Below are positions 1 through 9,445 of a stretch of 64,000 bases of DNA, piece by piece. The stretch comes from an uncultured virus (IMG/VR IMGVR_UViG_3300047496_000236). Lineage: Duplodnaviria; Heunggongvirae; Uroviricota; Caudoviricetes. Location of the stretch: IMG/VR virus record IMGVR_UViG_3300047496_000236. The stretch is one strand, 5' to 3'. The position numbers were made by a program, and so were the translations under genes. The notes below the pieces were generated by a model, which worked only from the letters and a program-made list of their open reading frames with translations, was not told the DNA's origin and did not search any database. Position 1 is the first letter of the stretch; each line of letters opens with the position of its first letter.

Positions 1-172
1 CTCTGGGGCTAGAGCACGTCGAGATGAGCCCCAGGGTCCCGTAGAACTTCTCGAGCTCCAGGGCGGCCTTCTTGTATTCCGGTAGCTCGGGCTCCTCTGG
101 GATGGGCTCCTTGGAGGCCAGGCCGAGGCCAGCGTTCTCGTAGTTCACCTGGGGGTCCTCGGGATCCGGCAT
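1..172 (-). CDS. hypothetical protein (partial, runs off the left edge)
   Basis: ATG at 172-170 overlaps the stop of the upstream gene; frame is open to the window edge. Confidence 0.5.
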   Translation of the reverse strand, partial: MPDPEDPQVNYENAGLGLASKEPIPEEPELPEYKKAALELEKFYGTLGLISTCSSPR

Positions 173-672
173 CACTTGTTCCTCTTGTAGTGGAAGAAGG
201 TCAAGATGTGCTTCGTCAGGAGAGCCGTGGCCTCATGCAACATGGTCTCCACAGGGGTCGCCCAGGATCCCGTGACGTCGATGGTCATGAATCGGTAGAG
301 GTCCTCGAAGTCACCGGGCCTATCCCACTCGATCTCGGCCCAGTACACCTTGTCCGAGCTGTTCCGTGGAGCGATGTCACCGTAGTGGAGCCCGTGGACC
401 GCCTGAGGCATAAAGACGAGCTTGAGAGGTACCGCGTACTCCCCTCTGCTGATGCGGCCCTTGTTGTCGACCAGGAGGAGGTGGGGCTGCAGCTCGAAGC
501 CGGGCTTGTTGAAGGCGGCACAGAGCCCGTTCGCGATCTCTGTGAAGGCTGCGGCGGTCCGCTTGAGGCGGTCCTCCCTCCGGGCGTCCTCGCGAGCCAA
601 GGCTTCCTTGTGCTCCTCATAGATCCGCTTCACGAGGTTCCGGAGGCTCTCCTTGGGGACTTCAAGGCTCAT
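172..672 (-). CDS. hypothetical phage protein
   Basis: 166 aa ORF in the coupled minus-strand gene train. Confidence 0.7.
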   Translation of the reverse strand: MSLEVPKESLRNLVKRIYEEHKEALAREDARREDRLKRTAAAFTEIANGLCAAFNKPGFELQPHLLLVDNKGRISRGEYAVPLKLVFMPQAVHGLHYGDIAPRNSSDKVYWAEIEWDRPGDFEDLYRFMTIDVTGSWATPVETMLHEATALLTKHILTFFHYKRNK

Positions 673-1114
673 AGGTTCTTTCGTTGTAGTAGGTCTCGAG
701 CCGGCTCGGTTTCAGCTCGGCCTGCCTGGCGTCGTGTTCGATAACGGCAGCCCCGGCCGCGGCGGTCCCCATGGTTGGGGGCACATCTTGGACCGGCGAT
801 ATGTTGGGGCGGAGATCTGCGCTCTGCGGCAGGACCCTCTTCGTGGCGGTGTCATAGGCCGCCGTGAACGCGTTGTCGCAGACGCTCATGGAGAGCCCCG
901 CGAGGTCCGCGATCTTGGAGGCCCACAGGACAACCACGGGGTGCCTGCGCACCGCATCGGATCCCCCGAGACCGCAGCAGCCCACTTCGGAGCTGATGAG
1001 ATCCGGGATCTTCTGGACGACCTCGGCAAAGGAGCGCGAGATCCCTGCCATGTTGCAGGCATTCTGGACATCCAGGGCGTCCTGGTACATCTTTCGGATT
1101 TCTTGTGGGGTCAT
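662..1114 (-). CDS. hypothetical phage protein
   Basis: ORF with AAGGA RBS, overlapping its neighbours. Confidence 0.65.
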   Translation of the reverse strand: MTPQEIRKMYQDALDVQNACNMAGISRSFAEVVQKIPDLISSEVGCCGLGGSDAVRRHPVVVLWASKIADLAGLSMSVCDNAFTAAYDTATKRVLPQSADLRPNISPVQDVPPTMGTAAAGAAVIEHDARQAELKPSRLETYYNERTYEP

Positions 1115-2334
1115 GGGTTTCCTTTGGGGATATAGGCCTGGGCCTGGTTCGAGAGTTCTTCGAGGCTCCTCACCATCTGGAAGCTGTTCTGGCTCTGGAT
1201 CGCCTTCAGGGTGTCCACGACGAGCCCAGCCAAAGCGAGGAGATCCTTCTTGGCCTGACCGAGCGCCTTGATCTCCCCGTTGAGGTGATCCAGGTCCGCG
1301 GTGTCCTCATCGCGCTCCTTGCTCGCGGCGTCCAGCTTGGCTTCGAGCTCCGCAATGCGGGCCTTCAGGGGCTCCGTATCGCCTAGGTCCGGGATCTCAG
1401 GGGTGTGCTGGAGACGGCCCTCGAGAAGTCGGAGGCGGTCCGAGGTCGATATGACTGCCGCCAGGACCCCCTTGAGATCCCTGAGAAGCCCGCCATCGCG
1501 GGCCTTCAGGGTGTCCGTAAGGATCTCCCTGGGGCTCTTCTGGTGAGGTACGGGGGCCGGATGCTTCGCGGCCCTCTTATCGGCCAGATCATCAGCTTCG
1601 GCCTCGAGGTTGCGAAGGTAGTCCTGGATGTCGGCAGCGAGAACCGCTGACGCCGGGCGCTCCTGGGGGAGCAAGCGGAGGCGGTCCCATTCCTTCTCGC
1701 CGTTATCAAAGTCGTCCAGGAGATCCGCTAAGACGCGGGTCTGCGGGATCTTGAAACGGACCTGGATCGCACGGAGCAGATTCAGGAGATCCCCGACGGT
1801 CTTGGAGCCCTCGGAGTACCTGTGGGCCCCATACGTCGATGCGGCCTCGAACTCCTCGGCGCCATCGGCCTGGACGTCCGCAATGAGGTGCTTCCGGAAT
1901 CCATCGGGGTCCATGAGGCTCTTCATGTCCGGGGGGATCCCTCCGATGGCATACATCCGGAGCAAGTTGTTGGCCCTGGAGGCCACCTTGCGGACCCTGT
2001 TCCGGAACTGCCTTGCCGCAGCCATGGCGCTCCGGATGTCTCCGGGGGTCTTCGAGCACGACAGGATCACGCTCTGGATCTCGGCGTGGCGCCAGATCCA
2101 GGAATGCGCGGCTTCCCGGTCCAGCTTGAGGCCCAGCTTGTTGGCGAGGGCTTCGAAGTCCTTGGCCTCGTACCCCTTGGCATCCCCGGGGCTCGGGCAC
2201 TGATCCGGGAGCGGCATGTTCAGGTAGGCGCAGGCGCACTCCAGGTTGTCGGGGGGATCCCGTTGGAGAACGTGCCCCAAGGGCTTCAGGAAGTCGGGAA
2301 CGATCATCTCTTCTGGGGGTGCGTCGGCGCTCAT
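1111..2334 (-). CDS. hypothetical protein with C-terminal coiled coil
   Basis: 407 aa; heptad-rich C-terminus (LKARIAELEAKLDAASKE). Confidence 0.7.
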   Translation of the reverse strand: MSADAPPEEMIVPDFLKPLGHVLQRDPPDNLECACAYLNMPLPDQCPSPGDAKGYEAKDFEALANKLGLKLDREAAHSWIWRHAEIQSVILSCSKTPGDIRSAMAAARQFRNRVRKVASRANNLLRMYAIGGIPPDMKSLMDPDGFRKHLIADVQADGAEEFEAASTYGAHRYSEGSKTVGDLLNLLRAIQVRFKIPQTRVLADLLDDFDNGEKEWDRLRLLPQERPASAVLAADIQDYLRNLEAEADDLADKRAAKHPAPVPHQKSPREILTDTLKARDGGLLRDLKGVLAAVISTSDRLRLLEGRLQHTPEIPDLGDTEPLKARIAELEAKLDAASKERDEDTADLDHLNGEIKALGQAKKDLLALAGLVVDTLKAIQSQNSFQMVRSLEELSNQAQAYIPKGNP

Positions 2335-2939
2335 TGAGCAGTCTCCTTATTGAGTACTTCTTCATCACAGGCCCAGGACCAACCGCTCTCCCCGATCCGG
2401 TTCTGCGGCTGATCCATGTAGAAACCGAGGAGGCCCCGGATCTTGGTGAGACGTTTCACGGCCTCCCGGAAGAGCTCGTCGTGGTCGTCCCCGGAGGCCT
2501 GCCAGACGTGAGCCGCCCTGCCGTACTCGACCAAGGCCTGGACCTTGCAGAGGACGTCCCGGCGCAGTTTGGGATCCTCGGGCCCGCAGGAATCCATGGC
2601 GCTCTTCAAGGTCTTCTTGGTGACCGCATAGGGGCACACGACCTCGATGTCGACGATGTAGTGGGGATCCCGATCGGTCTCTATGGCGCCGTAGTCATCC
2701 ATGTCGGTCATGTTGATGACGAGGTAGTACTTCTTGAGCTCCTCGTGGGGGATCGGGGGCGTCACCCAGAGGTGATCCATGAGCCGGGTGAGCTCTTTCT
2801 CCGCGCGGAGAAAGATGTCCTCATCGGAGATGGGACCCTCAGGGGTCAGGATCCCGTAGCGAATCCCCTCCAGTTGAGTCCCATAGTTATGGATGGAAAA
2901 CGGTACGGGGGTCCCCCGCTTGTCGATGTCATATCTCAT
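2331..2939 (-). CDS. hypothetical phage protein
   Basis: ATGA-coupled ORF; contains an in-frame palindrome copy (FLRAEK). Confidence 0.7.
   Translation of the reverse strand: MRYDIDKRGTPVPFSIHNYGTQLEGIRYGILTPEGPISDEDIFLRAEKELTRLMDHLWVTPPIPHEELKKYYLVINMTDMDDYGAIETDRDPHYIVDIEVVCPYAVTKKTLKSAMDSCGPEDPKLRRDVLCKVQALVEYGRAAHVWQASGDDHDELFREAVKRLTKIRGLLGFYMDQPQNRIGESGWSWACDEEVLNKETAQ
2794..2815. repeat. 18-bp palindrome family copy 1 (22-bp perfect here)
   Basis: tctttctccgcgcggagaaaga. Confidence 0.9.
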
Positions 2940-3160
2940 AGTTGGCGTCCTTTTGGGTCGGGGTCATAGCTGACGACTTTGGGGCCTGGTCCGTAGACCC
3001 GATCGATGTGTGCCCAGGCTTCCTGGGCGCTAGCGAAGGTCATGGAGTACGAGTTCTTCCCGTTGTAGAACTCCAGGGGCCACCAGATCGGCCGCCACCA
3101 GCTCCAGCTCTCCGCCTGGACCTTGCCATTAGCGAGGATAGCGAGGCGCCAGTACCTCAT
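2936..3160 (-). CDS. small Trp-rich hypothetical protein
   Basis: ATGA-coupled on both sides. Confidence 0.55.
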   Translation of the reverse strand: MRYWRLAILANGKVQAESWSWWRPIWWPLEFYNGKNSYSMTFASAQEAWAHIDRVYGPGPKVVSYDPDPKGRQL

Positions 3161-3510
3161 GAGTCGGTGATGCCGTCGATGTTCAGGGTTGAGACCTCAT
3201 CGGAGAGATTCGTCATGGCGGCCTGGACCTGGCCCATGGAGGCATTCAGGAAGTAGACGCGGCCATTCTTGAGGTGGACCTCCGCGAAGCGGGCCCCGTG
3301 GGTATCCACGAACTCCTTGATCTCCTTCGCCGCGTTCACCTTGGGGTTCTTGAAGAGGCAGAACTCGAGCATGAGTTCCTCTGCGGTGACTTCGATGACA
3401 TCCGAGATCTCTCCGGCTTCAATGAGGACGGCTTCCCCGGCGGGGCCGGTCCGGCGGATGGCCCCCTTGGTGTAGCCTACGGCTTCGATGATTCGAACCT
3501 TCTGTGTCAT
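3157..3510 (-). CDS. hypothetical protein
   Basis: ATGA-coupled ORF. Confidence 0.65.
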   Translation of the reverse strand: MTQKVRIIEAVGYTKGAIRRTGPAGEAVLIEAGEISDVIEVTAEELMLEFCLFKNPKVNAAKEIKEFVDTHGARFAEVHLKNGRVYFLNASMGQVQAAMTNLSDEVSTLNIDGITDS

Positions 3511-4205
3511 GCGTAGCTCCAGTTCTTGGGATCCCTGAGGGGATCCCCTTCGGGTAGGTGTTGGTTGATGTACTCGGACATCCCGCTGCTATCGGGATCC
3601 CCTATGAAGCCCCAGCAGGAGTCCACCTCGTTGTCATCGGCATCCTTGAGGACATAGCCATGAACGTTGCCGGAGACGTAATCGTGGTACTCCTCGACTT
3701 CACCCCGGAGACATTCCCGGACCTGCATCAGGACCTTCTTCGTGACCCGCTTGGTTTGGTACTCCTTGCGGATGTTCTCCTTGGTGACGTAGATGATCCC
3801 GAGCTGCCCGGAGTCCCAGCGGCACCCAAAGGGCTTCGTCGAGAGCGAGATGCTGCTGTGGTCGTACATGTAGATCGGAAGCCACACCGCGACCTCTTCG
3901 AAGGCCTTCAGCTTGGCGATGTCGTAGTCCTTCTGGAGCTCGCTTGAGACCTCGTCCCACTTCGCGGGATCCGTGTTGGCGCTTCGGTACACCCGTTCCC
4001 TCTCGAACCAGCGCTCCAGTTTGGCGGAGGCCTCTGAGGTCAGGGTCCTGTCGATGATGTCCTCCATGGGGACCTGTTCATCCCCGAGGTTGTATCGACG
4101 ATGCCGGCACGACATCGTGCCGAGATTGTCGTTGTCTCGGGGGGACTGCGCATCGTCATCGTGATGAATCTCGACCTTGACGACCTTGGTCTGTGTGGCC
4201 GTCAT
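3507..4205 (-). CDS. conserved phage/MGE hypothetical protein (YDHS...WDSGQ family)
   Basis: Motifs LPIYMYDHSSISLST, WDSGQLGIIY, DSCWGF; start taken at MTATQ. Confidence 0.7.
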   Translation of the reverse strand: MTATQTKVVKVEIHHDDDAQSPRDNDNLGTMSCRHRRYNLGDEQVPMEDIIDRTLTSEASAKLERWFERERVYRSANTDPAKWDEVSSELQKDYDIAKLKAFEEVAVWLPIYMYDHSSISLSTKPFGCRWDSGQLGIIYVTKENIRKEYQTKRVTKKVLMQVRECLRGEVEEYHDYVSGNVHGYVLKDADDNEVDSCWGFIGDPDSSGMSEYINQHLPEGDPLRDPKNWSYA

Positions 4206-4681
4206 CTGTGCACGAAGCTCTGGGAGGCCCCGCAGGCCCCACAATGCATCTTGGTCCCCGCTGGGGGCAGTATGGTCCACTCCAGGACGTACTTCAGATC
4301 GAGGTGCTCATTGCGGCCCTCGATCCAGAAGCCGAAGGAGGCCTCCCCGGTGGCGTAGAGGTGAGCCATGGCGAGGTCACCGCCGACGGTCCTGATGACG
4401 ACATGCATGCTGACCTTGGGGAGGAGCTCGGAGACCTGGATCCAGGATCCGACACGGCCCTTACGGGCCTCCTCCTTGGCGAGGTCGGCCATGATCTTGC
4501 CGCATTCGTGGAATCCCTCCATGAAGGCCTTCTTCCCTTCGGGGGTCCCCATGAACTCCTTCTGGGCCGCGATCACCTTCGCGAGATGGTCATCCACGGG
4601 GTGGCCCTCCGGACCCGGGGTGTATGTCACCCGGGCGCTCTGCATGTCCTTGACGTAGCGGTCCTGATCTTCTTTGCTCAC
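4202..4681 (-). CDS. hypothetical protein
   Basis: GTG start after GGAGG, coupled. Confidence 0.55.
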   Translation of the reverse strand: MSKEDQDRYVKDMQSARVTYTPGPEGHPVDDHLAKVIAAQKEFMGTPEGKKAFMEGFHECGKIMADLAKEEARKGRVGSWIQVSELLPKVSMHVVIRTVGGDLAMAHLYATGEASFGFWIEGRNEHLDLKYVLEWTILPPAGTKMHCGACGASQSFVHR

Positions 4682-5304
4682 GGGCCCTCCTTCAGGGGGT
4701 TGTCGACGTACTGCTTCCAAGGCACCCAGGCCTTACCCGGGGGCCAGAACCCCCAGTTGCGAACCCTGTTCCCGGTGTGCACGAGGGTCCAGGTATCCAC
4801 GAGGGGATCCGCTACCCGATGCATGTGGAAGGCCCGGTGGGAGATCCGGTCCCCTGCGGTGCGGGGGATCCCGATGCATTCATGGGCATGGGGTCCCCTG
4901 GGAGTCCCGCCGTAGCCACAGCCCTCGAACTTCCCGCCGGGCATGATCTCCATGTAGCCCCCACTGAGGATCCAGGACGTGAAGTCCGTCGGATGATCGT
5001 GGAGCGCGCGGTCATCATCGCCCCAAAGGAACTGGTGCAGCAGGATACTGTTCGCAGATGAGTAGTGGTCCTCATCGCTCTCTGGCAGCGTGAGCCAGTA
5101 CCGGGCCAGATACACGGAGCCGTCGGGGCCCCGTATGAAGAAGACGTGATCCCTGGCAATGGCATCCAGGGCAGCCTTCTTCCACCACGGGAACAGAAGG
5201 CTGGGGGTGTGCTCGCCGTCGGCCTGGAGGTTGGAGATGACCTCCTCGGGGCTCCAACGCCTAGTCAAGGGCAGCCAGGACCCGGGTGTGCCAGTCGCGC
5301 TCAA
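4678..5304 (-). CDS. cupin-like phage protein
   Basis: LHDHPTDFTSWILSGGYME and HMHRV...TWTL His motifs; start uncertain. Confidence 0.6.
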   Translation of the reverse strand: MSATGTPGSWLPLTRRWSPEEVISNLQADGEHTPSLLFPWWKKAALDAIARDHVFFIRGPDGSVYLARYWLTLPESDEDHYSSANSILLHQFLWGDDDRALHDHPTDFTSWILSGGYMEIMPGGKFEGCGYGGTPRGPHAHECIGIPRTAGDRISHRAFHMHRVADPLVDTWTLVHTGNRVRNWGFWPPGKAWVPWKQYVDNPLKEGP

Positions 5305-5644
5305 AGGTCACGTTGTGCCGGATGACTGCCTTGATGACGGTCCGGAGATCCTCGCGGTCCTGCGGGTACCCCACGGCAGCGTAGCCCTCGTCGATGTCGC
5401 TGAAAGGGCACTGCGCGGTGTACCATTCGCTTTCCCTGAGGTAGGGGCGCAGCCCTGAAGCCTTGTTGTCCCATCTCACGTAGTACTCCGGGGGGCAGTC
5501 GGGCTCCGGTGGGCAGTCCGGCTCCAAGACGGTCCCCATGGCAAGCTCGAGCTCGCGCCAGCCACTGAGGTCGGCGCACATCGTGATTCGAACCACCTTG
5601 TCCCCTGGTTTGATGTCCTTGAAGGCGGGGTGCTCATTCGTCAT
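5261..5644 (-). CDS. hypothetical protein
   Basis: Start at MTNEH; internal EPDCPP duplication. Confidence 0.55.
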   Translation of the reverse strand: MTNEHPAFKDIKPGDKVVRITMCADLSGWRELELAMGTVLEPDCPPEPDCPPEYYVRWDNKASGLRPYLRESEWYTAQCPFSDIDEGYAAVGYPQDREDLRTVIKAVIRHNVTFERDWHTRVLAALD

Positions 5645-6293
5645 CGGGATCCCTTTCTTGTGGGGGTGCTGGGAGTAGCGGCACATTGCTGGCTATGAAG
5701 AGCTGGAGATCCTCAGGGGACTTCGTGAGATCCTTCATCTTGTCGATGAGGCCCACGAAGGCCGCCGCGAACTTCACGAAGAAGAGCTCACGCTCCGGGG
5801 TCCACACGAGGCGATTAGAAATCTGCTTCCCGTAGGTCTGCCCTAGGCTGTGGTTGTGATGCGAATTGTGGAGACTCCACGGGATCTCGCTGCGTTCGTG
5901 GTGATAGGAGAAGTGGGCGGTCCCATCAGCGTTGGAGACCTTGGTCTCGGTGAAGACAGCAGCCGCTAGAGACATCGCGAGGCCCCGGGCGAATGAGATC
6001 CCGTGGTGGGAGCCGATGGCCCCGCCGCCGGTCTCATAGCAGAACTCGTACAGGATCACTTTCTCCGCGGATGTCCTGGCATTCTCATAGGCTTCCAGGC
6101 GGGCCTTGAAGGCCTGGTTGACCTTTGCGAGGTCGGTCCCAGTGGCTGCTGCCGGGGGTCCCAGGAGCTCCACGACCTCCTTGGGGTACCCGATCGAGAA
6201 GACCCCTTCCCGGCTGATATAGGTCACCTTCTGGAACCTGGCCTGCCCACTGGCCCGGTTAAAGCAGATCTGCTGGGTGCTAACCCTCGGCAT
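5634..6293 (-). CDS. hypothetical protein
   Basis: Start at MPRVS; protein-like composition. Confidence 0.6.
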   Translation of the reverse strand: MPRVSTQQICFNRASGQARFQKVTYISREGVFSIGYPKEVVELLGPPAAATGTDLAKVNQAFKARLEAYENARTSAEKVILYEFCYETGGGAIGSHHGISFARGLAMSLAAAVFTETKVSNADGTAHFSYHHERSEIPWSLHNSHHNHSLGQTYGKQISNRLVWTPERELFFVKFAAAFVGLIDKMKDLTKSPEDLQLFIASNVPLLPAPPQERDPDDE

Positions 6294-6717
6294 TGGTTTC
6301 CCATTCCGGGACCATGATGATCGCCGCGGGCTTCCCGTGGATCTCACCGAACTCGTAGACGGCGCCTTCATGCTTTGCCAGGGCCGCCTTGAGCTTCCGG
6401 GACGCGGGGCCCGTGAGGACCAGCGACATCCCGCAACCCCTCTCGATCCCGACCCTGAAGCGATCCACGATTCGGAGCTCCTTGCAGAACCGGAACCTCG
6501 TGATGTCGGTGATGGTCTCAGCGAGAGCGTGAGACCACCTCGGCTTCTCGCTGGGCTTCCCTTCGGGATCCATGACGGGCTGGTAGATCTCGCCGCCACC
6601 CCGGTTGCTCAGATCCTGATTCACCCAGATCTGGACTCCCCCGCGGGTCCCAATCCAGTCCTCGAACTTGTGGCGGCATCCCGGGGCGCAGACCTCCCAG
6701 ATCGTGGCCTCAACCAT
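6280..6717 (-). CDS. hypothetical protein
   Basis: Start at MVEAT; coupled. Confidence 0.6.
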   Translation of the reverse strand: MVEATIWEVCAPGCRHKFEDWIGTRGGVQIWVNQDLSNRGGGEIYQPVMDPEGKPSEKPRWSHALAETITDITRFRFCKELRIVDRFRVGIERGCGMSLVLTGPASRKLKAALAKHEGAVYEFGEIHGKPAAIIMVPEWETNAEG

Positions 6718-7024
6718 AGAGTTCGCGCTCGATCTGGTAGACCGCATGGTAGATGTGATCCTCAGCCTTGGGGTGCTTCATGGCGGTCTCCATGATCAGA
6801 TCCCGGCGCCGCATGGCTTCCGTGTTCCAATCCTGACCGCTCTCGAAGTGCATGAACTCCTCGAAGAGCTCATCGGAGATCAGATTCGCCATGACGTCCT
6901 CGATGAAGGAGTCGCGCTCGTCGGAGAGTTCGTCAGCGACCCGCTCGAGGAACTTCCTGGGGATCGCGATGGGCTCCATGCCCTTATTCATCATCAAGGT
7001 GGGAATCCTCGTCGATTTCGTCAT
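6710..7024 (-). CDS. acidic hypothetical protein
   Basis: GGAGGA RBS before MTKST. Confidence 0.6.
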   Translation of the reverse strand: MTKSTRIPTLMMNKGMEPIAIPRKFLERVADELSDERDSFIEDVMANLISDELFEEFMHFESGQDWNTEAMRRRDLIMETAMKHPKAEDHIYHAVYQIERELYG

Positions 7025-7268
7025 GTTCGTCCTCCGTGGGAGTGTTGTATTCGTCATCTTGGTCTTCATCGTCTTCATCGGGGCTCTCGATCAGGAACCA
7101 GTGCCCCACGGAGTTCCCGTTGGCATCCATGAGGGTGCCCCTGTCGTAGCCCTTGCGGATCCTGCTCTGGGCCTCCCCGAGGAGGCGACAGACCTCGTCC
7201 CGGGGGGACTCCACGACAGCAGCGTTACCGCTGTCGATCTGGAACTCGAAGGTGACATGGGACGTCAT
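6984..7268 (-). CDS. small conserved phage protein
   Basis: NAA..EV.RLL...LMDANGNSVG motif seen in small phage proteins. Confidence 0.55.
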   Translation of the reverse strand: MTSHVTFEFQIDSGNAAVVESPRDEVCRLLGEAQSRIRKGYDRGTLMDANGNSVGHWFLIESPDEDDEDQDDEYNTPTEDEHDEIDEDSHLDDE

Positions 7269-7537
7269 TCGATTCCCAGGGCGGCGCGTTCCGCGGGGCT
7301 CAGCTTGGCTCTGGCAGCCTTCTTGGCACCTTTCTGTCTGCGCTCCTCGATCTCGAAGGCGCGGCGGGCCGCATCCTCCTTGATGTGCTGGCGCCACCAC
7401 TTCTCAGCCCAGGTGGGCACCACCTTGCCGGCGCGCTCCAGGCTCTTGCAGTATTCGCAGGCCAAGCGGGTGATCGTATCGAGGCGCTCTCTGGCTTCAC
7501 GGTCGTCTGAGGGCGTACCGCAGCTTTGGCATGGCAT
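7265..7537 (-). CDS. hypothetical protein
   Basis: AGGAG RBS; WWRQH...KLSPAERAALGI. Confidence 0.6.
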   Translation of the reverse strand: MPCQSCGTPSDDREARERLDTITRLACEYCKSLERAGKVVPTWAEKWWRQHIKEDAARRAFEIEERRQKGAKKAARAKLSPAERAALGIE

Positions 7538-7889
7538 CAGGTTCTCCTAGTGTGTGTTGGATCTGGCAACGATGGGAACATAAGCGACTCGCATGGCCCC
7601 TGAGATAGCCCGGGGATCCTTATGCTGGACCCGGTAGGCCTCCTGGGCCGCCCGGGACACCGTGAGGTGCAACCGGTGGACTTCCGCACAGCTATGGGCC
7701 AGCCATGGGAACCACTTCACGGTAGCGAAGACGTAGTGGACCCGGGATCTCCGGCGGAACCCTGCGGGACCCTCGAAGAGGCTCCAGTAGCTCCCGTGGG
7801 GATCCCAGTGCCACTTCGACGTCACGGTCGGAACTGGCCACCCATTCGGGGGCGAGCCCGGGGCCCTGGTCTCCTTGGAGAACCCGGTT

Positions 7890-8456
7890 CTAGGCGCGGT
7901 AGATTGCATCAAAGGTTCCTGTGCAGGACTCAATATAGAGGCCCTCCTTCTTCAAGGCTTCGTGAAGTTCGGTGCAGCACGCCATGCGGGGCCCAGAACC
8001 CCAGTTCGAGAGATCACCGCCGTCATGGAAAACGATAAGGGTACTGCTGACCCCATAGAGGTTCCCCTTGGCGGCCCACGCCGCGGGATGCCAGTACGTC
8101 TGTATGCCACCGGTAAATTTGTAGCCCTTGGATTTCCGCCAGGCCTCCATGATGACCCAGGCGGTCCGACCGTCCTTGCAGAGCTCTCTCGGCATCTTGA
8201 ACCAGTCCTCTTCGGGGACCCCTTCGGTTTCCTGCTTTGGGGCTTCCTCGTGGATTCCCTTCGGGATCACCCCCATGGCGTGGGCCGTCCCGAGCTCGAA
8301 GGCGAGATTCACCATCTCGAGGACTCTCCTGAACCGGGTGAGCTCGCTGGCGTCGAAGACGGGGCTTTTCTTGAGGGCCTTGCCGGCCCAGGCGTCCTGG
8401 ATCACCCAACCCCGGGGACCCCCAGCGGCGATGAAGCGAGGCGGTTTGGTACTCAT
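7890..8456 (-). CDS. hypothetical protein
   Basis: TGATG-coupled ORF. Confidence 0.6.
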   Translation of the reverse strand: MSTKPPRFIAAGGPRGWVIQDAWAGKALKKSPVFDASELTRFRRVLEMVNLAFELGTAHAMGVIPKGIHEEAPKQETEGVPEEDWFKMPRELCKDGRTAWVIMEAWRKSKGYKFTGGIQTYWHPAAWAAKGNLYGVSSTLIVFHDGGDLSNWGSGPRMACCTELHEALKKEGLYIESCTGTFDAIYRA

Positions 8457-8971
8457 CAGTCCCTCAGGGCGGCCTGCATGAGGCCTTCCTCGGCCCGCTC
8501 GATGGCTTCCCGGGCAGCCTTGATGGTCGGGGGTTCCCTGATGGGGATCGGCTCGCCTTGCGCCAGGAGGCCCAGGGCCCAGGCGACATGGTGGCGCTTG
8601 ACGTCCTCGACGCAGCTGTAGTCGCCATCATCGAGACGGCCATGGAGATCGACGAAAACGGTCCGGATGTCTCCGGTGGAGACCCCTTCGAAGTAGCCCT
8701 TCAGGGCGTCTATGATCATCGACGGGGGGTAGCTCAGTAACTCAGGGAAATCCCGGGGCCACGCCAGGTAGCGGTCATCTCCGGGGTTCTCGAGCCAGCA
8801 CCAGTTCTTGGGATCCACGCTGGGGAGCCAGCCCGCGGCACAGCAGGTCGTTCCGCAGCCCCCTGAGGTATTCTCGACCCAGGTGGCGTAGTTCCATTGC
8901 TCCGGGGTCAACGCGAGCAGGAACTTGGCGAGGCGAATCAGACGAAGGGCAGTGGAAAGGGGAGGGATCAT
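8456..8971 (-). CDS. phage protein with CGTTCCAAGW motif
   Basis: TAAGGAG RBS; CGT..C.AGW motif seen in phage hypotheticals. Confidence 0.6.
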   Translation of the reverse strand: MIPPLSTALRLIRLAKFLLALTPEQWNYATWVENTSGGCGTTCCAAGWLPSVDPKNWCWLENPGDDRYLAWPRDFPELLSYPPSMIIDALKGYFEGVSTGDIRTVFVDLHGRLDDGDYSCVEDVKRHHVAWALGLLAQGEPIPIREPPTIKAAREAIERAEEGLMQAALRD

Positions 8972-9094
8972 GTGGATCTCCTTAGACGCAGTGGAAGAGG
9001 AGGGCATGGATTGCGGCGTAACACAACGTGAGCCACACCGCCAGGAACGCGACCATGCTGAGGGCTGCACAGAGGCAGAAGATATCCCAGAGAT

Positions 9095-9445
9095 TCATGT
9101 GCAAACGCTCCAGTCATCCTCCACGGGCTCCACGGAGACCGAGAGCGTCGGAGCAGCCCCGGAGCCGTAGCCATCGTGGGCCCCGTGGAAAACGAGCCCT
9201 CCGCAGAACCAGCATTCGTAGGGTTCCGTGGGGTTCTTACGGCTCAGCATGGTGAAGAAGAAGCTGAGGGGAGCGAAGTCCTTCACCAGCACGCACTTCG
9301 TGTGCGCCTTGTCCTCGCCGTCGTTGGCGTAGTTCGAGAGGTAGTCCAGGCGGCGTTGGAGCCGGTCCTGAACCCCCCGAAGCCGGGCGACCCCCAGGAC
9401 TTCCTGGAGGTACGCCGCGGCTTCGGGGGTCGGACTGTGAATCAC
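9095..9445 (-). CDS. DUF4120-like protein
   Basis: KDFAPLSF...GGLVFHG..DG.GSG.APT motif. Confidence 0.55.
   Translation of the reverse strand: MIHSPTPEAAAYLQEVLGVARLRGVQDRLQRRLDYLSNYANDGEDKAHTKCVLVKDFAPLSFFFTMLSRKNPTEPYECWFCGGLVFHGAHDGYGSGAAPTLSVSVEPVEDDWSVCT

Noticed and set aside
5485..5526. 18-bp tandem duplication (EPDCPP twice)
   Set aside because: Simple in-frame slippage duplication with no sign of further function
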